A stretch of DNA of 64,000 bases from an uncultured Candidatus Saccharibacteria bacterium (GTDB taxonomy: Bacteria; Patescibacteriota; Minisyncoccia; JAHISW01; Tagabacteraceae): assembly GCA_964601305.1 (NCBI GenBank), contig CAZRMW010000002.1:3439-67438 (forward strand), written 5' to 3'. The notes beneath the pieces are model-generated. The model saw nothing but the letters and a program-made list of their open reading frames with translations, was not told the origin of the DNA and did not search any database. Position 1 is the first letter of the stretch; every line of letters starts with the position of its first letter. The position numbers were made by a program, and so were the translations under genes. Shown here in pieces: positions 47,685 through 56,348 of the stretch.

Positions 47685-48305
47685 ATGGGAAAGAAAAATT
47701 TACCCGACAAGGCGGGAGAAAGGTCTCTTGTATTAATAAAACCTGATGGAGTTCAAAGAACTTTGATGGGAGAGATTATAAAAAGATATGAACGGACAGG
47801 ACTTAAATTAGTGGCGATGAAATTTATAGTGCCTACAGAAGAAATAGCAGAAAAACATTATTTAATAGATGATGGTTGGCTTGAAGCTGTTGGCACTAAA
47901 ACAAAAAAGGTCTATGAAGGAAAAGGAGAAAAACCTCCTTTTGAAAATCCTAAAGAAATTGGGAGGTGGGTTTTAGATAAAAATAAAAAGTTTTTAGCTT
48001 CCGGGCCTGTGGTAGCGATGATTTGGCAGGGGAATGAATCAGTAGCTATTATTAGAAAAATAACTGGTGGAACAGAACCAAGAACATCTGATGTGGGAAC
48101 AATAAGAGGAGACTTCACAATAGATTCGTACGCGATCGCAGATGGAGATAGTCGGGCTGTTAGAAATTTAGTGCATGCCTCAGGAACACCTGAAGAAGCG
48201 GAAAAAGAAATAAAAATTTGGTTTAGTGAAAATGAGATTATAAACTATCGTTTAGTTTCTGAACAAATTCTTTACGATGTAAATTTGGATGGAATTTTGG
48301 AATAG
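47685..48305 (+). CDS. ndk: Nucleoside-diphosphate kinase
   Basis: IKPDGVQR, SGPVVA, GTIRGD, NLVHAS. Confidence 0.96.
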   Translation: MGKKNLPDKAGERSLVLIKPDGVQRTLMGEIIKRYERTGLKLVAMKFIVPTEEIAEKHYLIDDGWLEAVGTKTKKVYEGKGEKPPFENPKEIGRWVLDKNKKFLASGPVVAMIWQGNESVAIIRKITGGTEPRTSDVGTIRGDFTIDSYAIADGDSRAVRNLVHASGTPEEAEKEIKIWFSENEIINYRLVSEQILYDVNLDGILE

Positions 48306-48397
48306 CTTCAAAATCGGATATTAGTTATTTCCTATTCTTCCTAAAATCCACGATCGTGAAAAATGGGTAGGATAGGTTTTTGGTTTATTTTTGTTAG

Positions 48398-48406
48398 TGG
48401 TATAAT
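48398..48406 (+). promoter_or_regulatory. Extended -10 promoter of the putative 6S RNA
   Basis: TG-N-TATAAT a few nt before the hairpin start. Confidence 0.6.
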
Positions 48407-48410
48407 CAAA

Positions 48411-48554
48411 GTAGTTATTTGAAGATTTGTTTTTAGGTTAAATTGTTTTTCTAGGGAGTCTTATATTGGGCAGTGTCGACGGATTTGTTCTGGATATTGC
48501 TTCTGCGGGCACCCACCTGAAAAGTAGCTAAAAACACTCTTTTAAATAACTTGC
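48411..48554 (+). ncRNA. ssrS: Probable 6S RNA
   Basis: 5' and 3' ends pair into a long stem (GTTATTT..GTTTTTAG / CTAAAAAC..AAATAAC); internal GGGAGTC and CGGGCACCCACCTG resemble 6S motifs as I recall them. Confidence 0.7.
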
Positions 48555-48608
48555 CCCGCCAGGCGGGGTGAACCTCGCTCCTTGTTTTCAAGGGGCGTTG
48601 GTTTTTTT

Positions 48609-48673
48609 ACCCCCACACTTAATTTAGTAATTTTTTTGGCGCTTTGTGTCTTTGCTAAATTAAGTGTGGGGGT
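48609..48673. repeat. Inverted repeat element
   Basis: ACCCCCACACTTAATTTAG / CTAAATTAAGTGTGGGGGT arms. Confidence 0.7.
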
Positions 48674-48688
48674 GCTATACTAATCACA

Positions 48689-50056
48689 ATGACAAACAAG
48701 GCTAAACTTACATTTTATGGTGGAGCTCAAGAGGTAACGGGTGCAAATCATCTTCTGGAGACAGAAGGCAAAAAAATTCTTATAGATTGTGGGCTTTTTC
48801 AAGGTACGCCAAAAAATGAGGAAAAAAATTATGAAAAATTTGCTTATGACCCTAAAAGTATCGATATACTTTTAATTACTCATGGGCACTTAGATCATAT
48901 TGGTAGAATACCAAAATTAGTAAAAGAAGGTTTTTCTGGAAAGATATATTCGACTCCAATTACAAGAGATACTTCAAGACTTTCTTTGGAAGATAGTGTA
49001 AAGCTACTCACAAAAGAAGCTACAAGAGAAGACAAACAATCAATTTACAAAACAGAAGATGTAGAAAAATCTTTTTCTCTCTGGGAAACTTTTGAGTACG
49101 ACAAAGAGATTGTTTTTAACAATTTAAAAATTATTCCTAGAGATGCTGGGCACATACTCGGTTCTACAATGTATGAGATAATTTCTACAAGTGGCAAAAA
49201 AATTGTTTTTACAGGAGATCTTGGCAATCCACCCGTGCCGCTTTTAAGAAAGACATATAAAATAACAGAAGCAGATTATTTAGTAACAGAAAGTACTTAT
49301 GGAGACAAAGAGCATGAGGGAGCAAAAGAGAGAAAAATAAAAATAGAGCGAGCTATAGAAGATGTGGTAAAAAGCAAAGGTACTCTTATGATCCCAGCTT
49401 TTTCAATTGAGCGTACACAACAGCTTCTCTTCGAAATAAACGAGCTTGTAGAAAATGGACGGATACCACAGCTTCCGATTTTTTTGGACAGTCCACTGGC
49501 AATAAAAATCACTGAAGTCTATAAAAAATACGAAAGTTATTTTAATAAAAAAACTAAAGACATAATAAAATCTGGAGATGATATATTCAATTTTCCTGGT
49601 TTGCAACTTACCCGGACTGCTGAAGAATCTAAAAACATAAACAATGTTTCCGCGCCGAAAGTAATAATTGCTGGTTCAGGTATGTCTACCGGTGGAAGAA
49701 TTGTACATCACGAAAAGAAATATTTGCCAGACTCAAACAGTATCTTGCTTTTGGTGGGGTATCAGGCTGCGGGTTCTTTGGGGAGAAAATTGGAGGACGG
49801 TGCTAAATGGGTAAAAATTTTCAGAGAAGATGTGCCTGTAAAAGCAAAAATAGAATCTATAAAAGGATATTCTGCACATCCAGATATAAATAAACTTTTT
49901 GATTTTGTGGAAACAGCATCAAAAAATTTAAAAAAAGTTTTTGTAGTGCAGGGCGAGACAAAGGCTTCTTTGTTTTTTACACAAAGGATTAGGGATTATC
50001 TTGGTATAGATGCGGTTGCGCCAAAAATTGGAGATTCATTCGAGCTTGAGCTATAA
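48689..50056 (+). CDS. Beta-CASP metallo-beta-lactamase RNase
   Basis: DCG, THGHLDH, AGHILG, ESTYG, GSGM..GGR, SAH. Confidence 0.93.
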   Translation: MTNKAKLTFYGGAQEVTGANHLLETEGKKILIDCGLFQGTPKNEEKNYEKFAYDPKSIDILLITHGHLDHIGRIPKLVKEGFSGKIYSTPITRDTSRLSLEDSVKLLTKEATREDKQSIYKTEDVEKSFSLWETFEYDKEIVFNNLKIIPRDAGHILGSTMYEIISTSGKKIVFTGDLGNPPVPLLRKTYKITEADYLVTESTYGDKEHEGAKERKIKIERAIEDVVKSKGTLMIPAFSIERTQQLLFEINELVENGRIPQLPIFLDSPLAIKITEVYKKYESYFNKKTKDIIKSGDDIFNFPGLQLTRTAEESKNINNVSAPKVIIAGSGMSTGGRIVHHEKKYLPDSNSILLLVGYQAAGSLGRKLEDGAKWVKIFREDVPVKAKIESIKGYSAHPDINKLFDFVETASKNLKKVFVVQGETKASLFFTQRIRDYLGIDAVAPKIGDSFELEL

Positions 50057-50064
50057 TATAAAAC

Positions 50065-50661
50065 ATGAACAAAATAAAGAAAATAAAACCATCGGAGCAT
50101 TCTCATATGAAGTTTAAGGTCTGTATTTCTGGTGCAGCAGAAACAGGGCATTGTAAAGATCCGAACACTTTAGAACTTGCAAAGGAGTTGGGTAAAGAAA
50201 TAGTAAGGCAAAATGGCGTGCTGGTAACAGGTGCAACAACAGGGTTTCCTTTTTGGGCAGCAATTGGAGCCAAAGAAGAGGGAGGGATTTCAATAGGTGT
50301 TTCCCCTGCATTTTCTGAAAAGGAGCATATAGAAAAATACAAGTTGCCTGTAGATTATTTCGATATGATTATGTATACCGGGCACGGGTATTCTGGCAGG
50401 AATCTCCTGCTTACAAGGATCTCAGACGCTGTGATTGTAGGATGCGGAAGAATAGGAACTGTAAACGAGTTTACGATTGCTTTTGAGGATGATAAGCCAA
50501 CAGGAGTACTAAAAGGAGAATGGGCGACAGATGAAGTGATAGAACATATTATAAAAGAGGGGCACAGGCCAAATGAAAAAGTTGTTTATGATACTAATCC
50601 AAAAACTCTCGTTAAAAAAGTTATAGAGCTTGTTCGAGAAGAAAAGGTAATAGAAATATAG
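50065..50661 (+). CDS. LOG/SLOG-family nucleotide-binding protein
   Basis: LVTGATTG, GRNLLL..SDAVI..GRIGTVNE. Confidence 0.85.
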   Translation: MNKIKKIKPSEHSHMKFKVCISGAAETGHCKDPNTLELAKELGKEIVRQNGVLVTGATTGFPFWAAIGAKEEGGISIGVSPAFSEKEHIEKYKLPVDYFDMIMYTGHGYSGRNLLLTRISDAVIVGCGRIGTVNEFTIAFEDDKPTGVLKGEWATDEVIEHIIKEGHRPNEKVVYDTNPKTLVKKVIELVREEKVIEI

Positions 50662-50665
50662 AAAA

Positions 50666-51802
50666 ATGTATAAGTTTTTTGAGGGTATGGGTATCGTTGT
50701 TGGTCTAATGTTTGGTGCAGGTGTTTTTGCTTTACCTTTTGCAATAGCGCAGTCTGGTATTTTGTGGGGAATTGTTCATTTAATAATCGCTCTGACACTT
50801 ACTCTGTTTTTACTTTTTCTGTATTCTGGTGTTTGTTATTTCACAGAAGGAAAACATCGGTTTACTGGGTACACAGGGTTAATTTTAGGCAAGAGAGCTA
50901 AGTTTTTTTCTTTTTTAGTTACCATGGCGGCATACTATGGTTCGCTTCTTATATATATAGTGCTTGGTGGATTATTTCTTTCTAATTTTTTTACTAGTTT
51001 CTCTTCCTTTTATTTTACCTTGATCTTCTTTGGTGCTGGTGCGTTTTTTCTTCTTCTAAATTTAGAAAAAATTGCTTGGATAAACCTATACCTTACAATT
51101 CCTTTGTTGGGTTTTGTACTCTATCTTTTGTTTTCAGCATTGCCTTTTATTGAGCTTAATAATTTTCCATTAACTCTAAATGGCTTTACCACTAAGGGAT
51201 TATGGTTTTTACCCTATGGTGTGTGGCTTTTTTCTTTAGGAGCATTTGCTGCTATACCAGAACTTAAAGATATATATGCGAAGGATTCTATAAAAAAATT
51301 TAAAAAAGTTATTTTGGTAGGTGTTGTATTATCGGCATTCTTTTATTTGATGTTTGTTTTCTCGATAGTTGGTGTGAGTGGAATAAATACTACAAAAGAT
51401 GCTTTTTCTGGAGTTTTGCCAGCGTTGGGTCCGCAAGTTATAGCAATAGGGTCTTTGATGGGGTTTTTGGCCGTATTTACTTCTTTTTTAGCTTTAGGTG
51501 TGGATATGAGGGGGATATTTAGATATGATTTTGGTTTTTCTAAGTATTTAGCCTGGTTTTTGGTGGTTTTTCCTCCTGTTTTTCTGTTTTTATTAGGTTT
51601 TCAGGATTTTACCTTAATTTTGGGCTTGGTTGGAACTGTCGGGATGGGTTTTACTGGGATATTTGTGATTTTAATGGCTAAAAAATTGAGAGAAAGGGGG
51701 GTAATCACAGATGGGATAAAACTTAGTAAGACCAAGGAGTTTTTGGCTTCTTTGGCTCTTTTGTCGGCTGTTTTTTACGAAATATACAGTCTTTTATTTT
51801 AG
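50666..51802 (+). CDS. Aromatic amino acid permease-family transporter
   Basis: GLMFGAGVFALP, AIPE, LAVFTSF; multiple TMs. Confidence 0.85.
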   Translation: MYKFFEGMGIVVGLMFGAGVFALPFAIAQSGILWGIVHLIIALTLTLFLLFLYSGVCYFTEGKHRFTGYTGLILGKRAKFFSFLVTMAAYYGSLLIYIVLGGLFLSNFFTSFSSFYFTLIFFGAGAFFLLLNLEKIAWINLYLTIPLLGFVLYLLFSALPFIELNNFPLTLNGFTTKGLWFLPYGVWLFSLGAFAAIPELKDIYAKDSIKKFKKVILVGVVLSAFFYLMFVFSIVGVSGINTTKDAFSGVLPALGPQVIAIGSLMGFLAVFTSFLALGVDMRGIFRYDFGFSKYLAWFLVVFPPVFLFLLGFQDFTLILGLVGTVGMGFTGIFVILMAKKLRERGVITDGIKLSKTKEFLASLALLSAVFYEIYSLLF

Positions 51803-51928
51803 TTTGTTTGCTAATACTTGGTTTTTTTGTTTATTTTTTGTTATAATTCTAAGGAAGAAAGCGCAGAGAGTCGATTTTAGTTTCCGCCTGAGGCGGACAA
51901 GTTTATATAATTAATTTATTTTTTTAAT

Positions 51929-52300
51929 ATGTCTTTTATGGATAAAATTAAAGGTGTTTTTAGTGGAGCTAAAAATGAAGATACTTCTATGGGTGCAGGT
52001 GATGCAGGCATGCCACCAGTTGAACCTGCTTCACCAATGGGCGAGCCTACAACATCGGATGTTCCGGAAGTTCCAGTTTCAGAGCCAATGGCTACCCCAA
52101 CTCCAGCAGAGCCTGCTTCGCCAATGGGCGAGCCAGTAGCTGCTCCAGAGCCGGAGCCTATGGCTAGCCCAACTCCAGCTGAGCCTGAAGCTCCAGCTGT
52201 AACTCCCGAGACACCCCAGCCACAACCTTCGGATGTAGGCGGGCAGGCAGTTGAGGGTGGAGAAGAAAAGCCAGTAGAAGGTGGTGGAATGGCTTTGTAA
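51929..52300 (+). CDS. Pro/Glu-rich low-complexity protein
   Basis: EPASPMGEP and PTPAEP repeats; upstream -10 and downstream hairpin. Confidence 0.7.
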   Translation: MSFMDKIKGVFSGAKNEDTSMGAGDAGMPPVEPASPMGEPTTSDVPEVPVSEPMATPTPAEPASPMGEPVAAPEPEPMASPTPAEPEAPAVTPETPQPQPSDVGGQAVEGGEEKPVEGGGMAL

Positions 52301-52320
52301 AGTTTTTTTCTTTATACTTA

Positions 52321-52356
52321 AAAAACCCGGCGAGCTAGCTAGCTCGACGGGTTTTT
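52321..52356. terminator. Bidirectional terminator
   Basis: AAAAACCCG.CGAGCTAGCTAGCTCG.CGGGTTTTT. Confidence 0.75.
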
Positions 52357-52368
52357 GTTTTCATAGAT

Positions 52369-52860
52369 CTATGGCCAAAGAATGTGGCCGGTAATTTTGT
52401 CTTCAATTTTTTCGATAGAAGAGTATCCAAAAGTAAAAACTGTTTCAGAGGATAAATCGGTAATTTCAATTTGGCGTTTTTTAAATATGATAGAAGCTTT
52501 TTTTATAAATATCGTTTTGGGATTGGGGTCGTTTGCAATAACAATGCTTTCCACTTCCTTTATTCTCGGATATATAATAGCACCTTTTGTTAAGTGAATA
52601 ACTGCCTGCCCAACAAACTCTTTAAGATCGGACTTTATATTAACTTGTCCACCATATCTGCTAGCGTAAATATAAAACACTCCATCTTTTTTGTTTACTA
52701 CCGATTTGCAGAGCTGTACGGCTTGTTCAAAAGTGCTAACATCATCCCCACCAATTTGGTAATATTCTTGCTTAAATAATAAAATGGCTCTAAGTCGCCC
52801 GCTTTTTTCTGGTCTTAAATTTTTCTTAGAAATTTTTTTGAGCCTTACAAAGTCGCCCAT
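52369..52860 (-). CDS. Hypothetical protein
   Basis: AAGGAGG SD, TTGACA-N17-TATCTT promoter. Confidence 0.6.
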   Translation of the reverse strand: MGDFVRLKKISKKNLRPEKSGRLRAILLFKQEYYQIGGDDVSTFEQAVQLCKSVVNKKDGVFYIYASRYGGQVNIKSDLKEFVGQAVIHLTKGAIIYPRIKEVESIVIANDPNPKTIFIKKASIIFKKRQIEITDLSSETVFTFGYSSIEKIEDKITGHILWP

Positions 52861-52989
52861 TTCAAGCCTCCTTTTAGTAAATGATTATAGTTTTCAAATC
52901 TTTTTATCTGACAAAAAGATAGCATAGGAGTTTTTTGGTGTCAATTACCCTAAAACGGGGGGGGTTTTCACCAAATAGGATTAAAAATG

Positions 52990-53009
52990 CCTGCCTGCCG
53001 GTAGGCAGG
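52990..53009. repeat. REP-like palindrome CCTGCCTGCCGGTAGGCAGG
   Basis: GC-rich palindrome in an AT-rich intergenic region. Confidence 0.65.
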
Positions 53010-53154
53010 GCTTAATAGAGCTATGTAATTTGCATAAATTCATAAAATTAAAACGGCTCTGTTGAGCTATTAATGTAGGTTTAATCAAAGTTGCGGTGAT
53101 ATCTTAGTGCTTTTGACCCCTTTTACTAAATTTGAGTAGTGATACACTAAAGAT

Positions 53155-53607
53155 ATGCCTACTTTATTAAACAACAAAAGAGCAGATTTTGATTATGAAG
53201 TATTAGAAAAGTTTGATGCAGGAATCAAGCTTCTTGGTTTTGAAGTAAAATCTTTAAAAATGAAGAGAGGAAACCTTACTGGCTCTCATATAATCATCAG
53301 GGGAGAAGAAGCATATATGGTAGGTATGGAAATACCGCCATACCAGCCAAAAAATACTCCTACAGACTATGATTCAGCGCAGACTAGAAAACTTTTACTC
53401 ACAAAAAAAGAAATAAAATATTTAGATGGTAAAGACAGCCAAAAAGGATTAACCTTGATACCATTGACTATTTATACAAAAAATGGTTTAATAAAAGTAT
53501 CTTTTGCAGTAGCAAAAGGGCAAAAAAGATACGACAAAAGAGAAAAAATAAAAGAACGTGAATCAAAAAGAGATATAGAACGTAAATTGAAATCACAGAA
53601 TATATAA
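53155..53607 (+). CDS. smpB: SsrA-binding protein
   Basis: NKRA..Y, AGI.L.G.EVKSL, RKLLL, YDKRE. Confidence 0.97.
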   Translation: MPTLLNNKRADFDYEVLEKFDAGIKLLGFEVKSLKMKRGNLTGSHIIIRGEEAYMVGMEIPPYQPKNTPTDYDSAQTRKLLLTKKEIKYLDGKDSQKGLTLIPLTIYTKNGLIKVSFAVAKGQKRYDKREKIKERESKRDIERKLKSQNI

Positions 53608-53957
53608 GGGAGTGATCGGCTTTGATAAGAAGCTTCTTTTAAAACAGTGCATATCGAGTATTCTAAAATCTCGTTAAACTTTTAGAGCTTCAAATAAATG
53701 CAAATTTATTTAAAACTCCAGCTTTAGCTTACGCTTAAAGCTCGTTCCCTTACTCATTCTCAATAAGTAAGGAAGAACGTCATCATTGAGATAGATAATT
53801 TTTATTGGGCTTTGAAAAATTATTGAAACAAAACAAAGCCAAAGCTAAGAACTTTTTGCTCGGTTTTTATTTCTTAGTCTAAACAAACCAAGCTAAATAT
53901 GTAGATACTTTTTAAAAATCTTTTTACACGGCGGTTCGATTCCGCCCACTTCCACAA
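53608..53957 (+). ncRNA. ssrA: tmRNA; predicted tag ANLFKTPALAYA (53700-53738)
   Basis: Acceptor GGGAGTG/CACTTCC with G3:U, T arm GGCGGTTCGATTCCGCC, tag ORF ending ALAYA, directly after smpB. Confidence 0.93.
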
Positions 53958-54375
53958 AATATTAATTCCCGAAGCGTTAGCTTTGGGGATTTTGATTTTG
54001 TAGGTTGGTGGCGGAATTGAACAGGCGGAGGCGGGCACCGTCGCCGACTAGCGAAGCTAGTGGCGCGCGGTCGCCGAGCCCGGGGAGGAAGTTCTTAGTG
54101 AAGACAAGTGCAAAGCACGAAGTCTGAGCTTAGAAACTTGACCCTCGATTCCGCCCACTTCCACAAAATATTAATTCCCGAAGCGTTAGCTTTGGGGATT
54201 TTGATTTTGTAGGTTGGTGGCGGAATTGAACAGGCGGAGGCGGGCACCGTCGCCGACTAGCGAAGCTAGTGGCGCGCGGTCGCCGAGCCCGGGGAGGAAG
54301 TTCTTAGTGAAGACAAGTGCAAAGCACGAAGTCTGAGCTTAGAAACTTGACCCTCGATTCCGCCCACTTCCACAA
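53936..54375 (+). repeat. Two tandem 209-bp units plus a third copy of the 22-bp tmRNA 3' end
   Basis: TCGATTCCGCCCACTTCCACAA at 53936, 54145 and 54354; units identical by eye. Confidence 0.92.
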
Positions 54376-54526
54376 CTTGAGAATAAGGAGCTTGCTTTTT
54401 TTATAGAAAAAATCTACTCTTTGATAAAGCACATTAACATTCGTGCGTGTCAAATATCCGTGCAACAATGGTACGCCAGCTTGCACATTTTTAACCCCCT
54501 AACCTCTTTAAAAAGGAGAATAAATT

Positions 54527-55465
54527 ATGGGTACGCCAAAAGAATTATTTCCACCGACAATTGCAAGAAAAATTGAATTACTCGAGTTTGGCAGAAAAAC
54601 AGGGAAAAGGTTAGATGTGAATGACTTTGCAGATGTTCTTGAAGAAACAGCGAAAACTATTCTTCCGCTTGTACCGTGGTTGGATAAACAGGTTTTCAAC
54701 AAGACCTTTGTTAAAAGGCACGATGTACCAGAAAAATACAGAAGAAAAAGGGGCTTGTTTTTATTTAGAGAAAGAGGTGTTGTAAGTGTTTATCTTCAAC
54801 GTTCAGGGAAATGGTTTTTGTGTTTCAATGACACTTTTCTATCAATATTTAATAATCCGTGTTCTATTTTTTGTGAAATCAACTCAGAGTTGTTCGCTAT
54901 GGTTTTTTGGGAACACTCAAAATATTTTTTAAGCAAAGGTGGAAGATTGGTTGAAAAAGAAGCTCCTTTTATGAAAGATATCTTTCTTTATCACGACATA
55001 GTCCTTAATTTTGTTTCTCAATGTTTTGAATCGATAAGAAAACTGATCGAAGAAAAAGAAAAGAGAATCAATACAATGAAAGATTGGATGAATTTGGGCA
55101 TTGATTTTTCTGAATCTCTTGACCCGCTGACTTCCACAGATAAAGAGATAGAAGTTGAGAGATTTTGCATGTGGAAAGACGAGATAAAAGGCCCAAGAAG
55201 AAGCCGGCTAACTGGTTCTTATTTTTGTCCGAAAGCCCTAGATTTGTTTTGGGAAAGTGTTAAAGATAGAAAACACATAGGAGATGGTTGGGATGTTGAA
55301 CAGACCGACATAGACACTTTTTCTCCAGAATCCTTGCAGAGATTTTTAGAAAAGATTTATTGGAATTTTGAAGAAGCAGAAAAGGAAAATGTGCTTGGCA
55401 GGGGGCCAATAACGGATTCTGAAATAGAAGTTTTGAAAAAAGTTGTTGAATCCTTGAAAAAATAG
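54527..55465 (+). CDS. Hypothetical protein
   Basis: 312 aa, AAGGAG SD, downstream hairpin; no family recognised. Confidence 0.75.
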   Translation: MGTPKELFPPTIARKIELLEFGRKTGKRLDVNDFADVLEETAKTILPLVPWLDKQVFNKTFVKRHDVPEKYRRKRGLFLFRERGVVSVYLQRSGKWFLCFNDTFLSIFNNPCSIFCEINSELFAMVFWEHSKYFLSKGGRLVEKEAPFMKDIFLYHDIVLNFVSQCFESIRKLIEEKEKRINTMKDWMNLGIDFSESLDPLTSTDKEIEVERFCMWKDEIKGPRRSRLTGSYFCPKALDLFWESVKDRKHIGDGWDVEQTDIDTFSPESLQRFLEKIYWNFEEAEKENVLGRGPITDSEIEVLKKVVESLKK

Positions 55466-55475
55466 GATTTTTTAT

Positions 55476-55513
55476 AAAAAAGCGAAGCTCTGCGGAGTCT
55501 CGCTTTTTATATT
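55476..55513 (+). terminator. Terminator hairpin, near-identical to 56049-56087
   Basis: AAAAAGCGAAGCTCTGCGGAGTCTCGCTTTTTATATT. Confidence 0.7.
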
Positions 55514-55547
55514 TGCATTAAAATTTGCATCGAATTTAAATATTTTC

Positions 55548-55593
55548 AAAACCTACTCTAACTAGTGCTATCACCTCAGTTAGAGTAGGTTTT
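55548..55593. repeat. Perfect 16-bp inverted repeat with 14-nt spacer
   Basis: AAAACCTACTCTAACT / AGTTAGAGTAGGTTTT. Confidence 0.75.
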
Positions 55594-55773
55594 AAACTGT
55601 CTCGCTAATTCAGCTATAGCAGTTTTAAGTAGATAGTATTAAGAGCATAGTATTAAGAGCATGGAATTTCAAATATTAATTGGTTTACGATTGCAAAAAA
55701 TTGACAAATAATAAAATTAGTGATATGTTGCTACCAACAGAAAATTAAAAATAAAATAAGGAGGACAGCTCGA

Positions 55774-56016
55774 ATGAAAAAAAATGCAAGGATAACACTT
55801 GAGAAAATAAGGAAATACTACGAAAAAAGAAAAAAAACTTCTGATCGTTTTGATTCTTTCGTTAGTGGAATTTGGTTGGCAACAAATGAAAAAGCTAAGT
55901 TAACAGAAAATCAAGAAGGTAATTTATGGGGGATAATGATGTCCCTCCATTCAGAAGAAAATCTGACGGTTTTGGATGAAATAACTGTTGCTACTTGGAT
56001 TAATTCTTGTCGTTAA
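55774..56016 (+). CDS. Hypothetical protein
   Basis: AAGGAGG SD before ATG 55774; TTGACA promoter upstream. Confidence 0.6.
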   Translation: MKKNARITLEKIRKYYEKRKKTSDRFDSFVSGIWLATNEKAKLTENQEGNLWGIMMSLHSEENLTVLDEITVATWINSCR

Positions 56017-56048
56017 GATTTAATGTTCCCATATTTGACCTATCTCTC

Positions 56049-56087
56049 AAAAAGCGAAGCTCTGTGGGGCCTCGCTTTTTTATATTG
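56049..56087 (+). terminator. Terminator hairpin, second copy
   Basis: AAAAAGCGAAGCTCTGTGGGGCCTCGCTTTTTTATATTG. Confidence 0.7.
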
Positions 56088-56112
56088 ACTAATTTAAATA
56101 TATGTATATAAT
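56085..56112 (+). promoter_or_regulatory. Promoter of the secE operon
   Basis: TTGACT-N16-TATAAT. Confidence 0.6.
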
Positions 56113-56159
56113 GGTAAATAAGAATAAGAGGCCGAAGGGCCTTTTAAAAATGATTTAAA

Positions 56160-56345
56160 ATGTTTACAAAATTAGTCAATTATTTAAAGGGTACAAAATC
56201 AGAGCTTGGCTCTGTAAACTGGCCTACAAAAAATCAAACAATTAATTCTACATTGTTAGTAATTGGTTTTTCTTTGTTCATTGCATTTTTTTTGGGATTT
56301 TTTGATAAAATTTTTACATTTTTACTAAAAACATTTGTTTTATAA
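56160..56345 (+). CDS. secE: Preprotein translocase SecE
   Basis: EL..VNWPT plus a single TM; upstream of nusG. Confidence 0.92.
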   Translation: MFTKLVNYLKGTKSELGSVNWPTKNQTINSTLLVIGFSLFIAFFLGFFDKIFTFLLKTFVL

Positions 56346-56348
56346 AAT

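Noticed and set aside
53936-54375. CRISPR array (three 22-bp repeats)
   Set aside because: The spacers are 187 bp and identical, and the repeat is the tmRNA 3' end
54304-54486. 60-aa minus-strand ORF over the tmRNA-linked repeat
   Set aside because: No SD or family signal; it spans the repeat boundary and a promoter region
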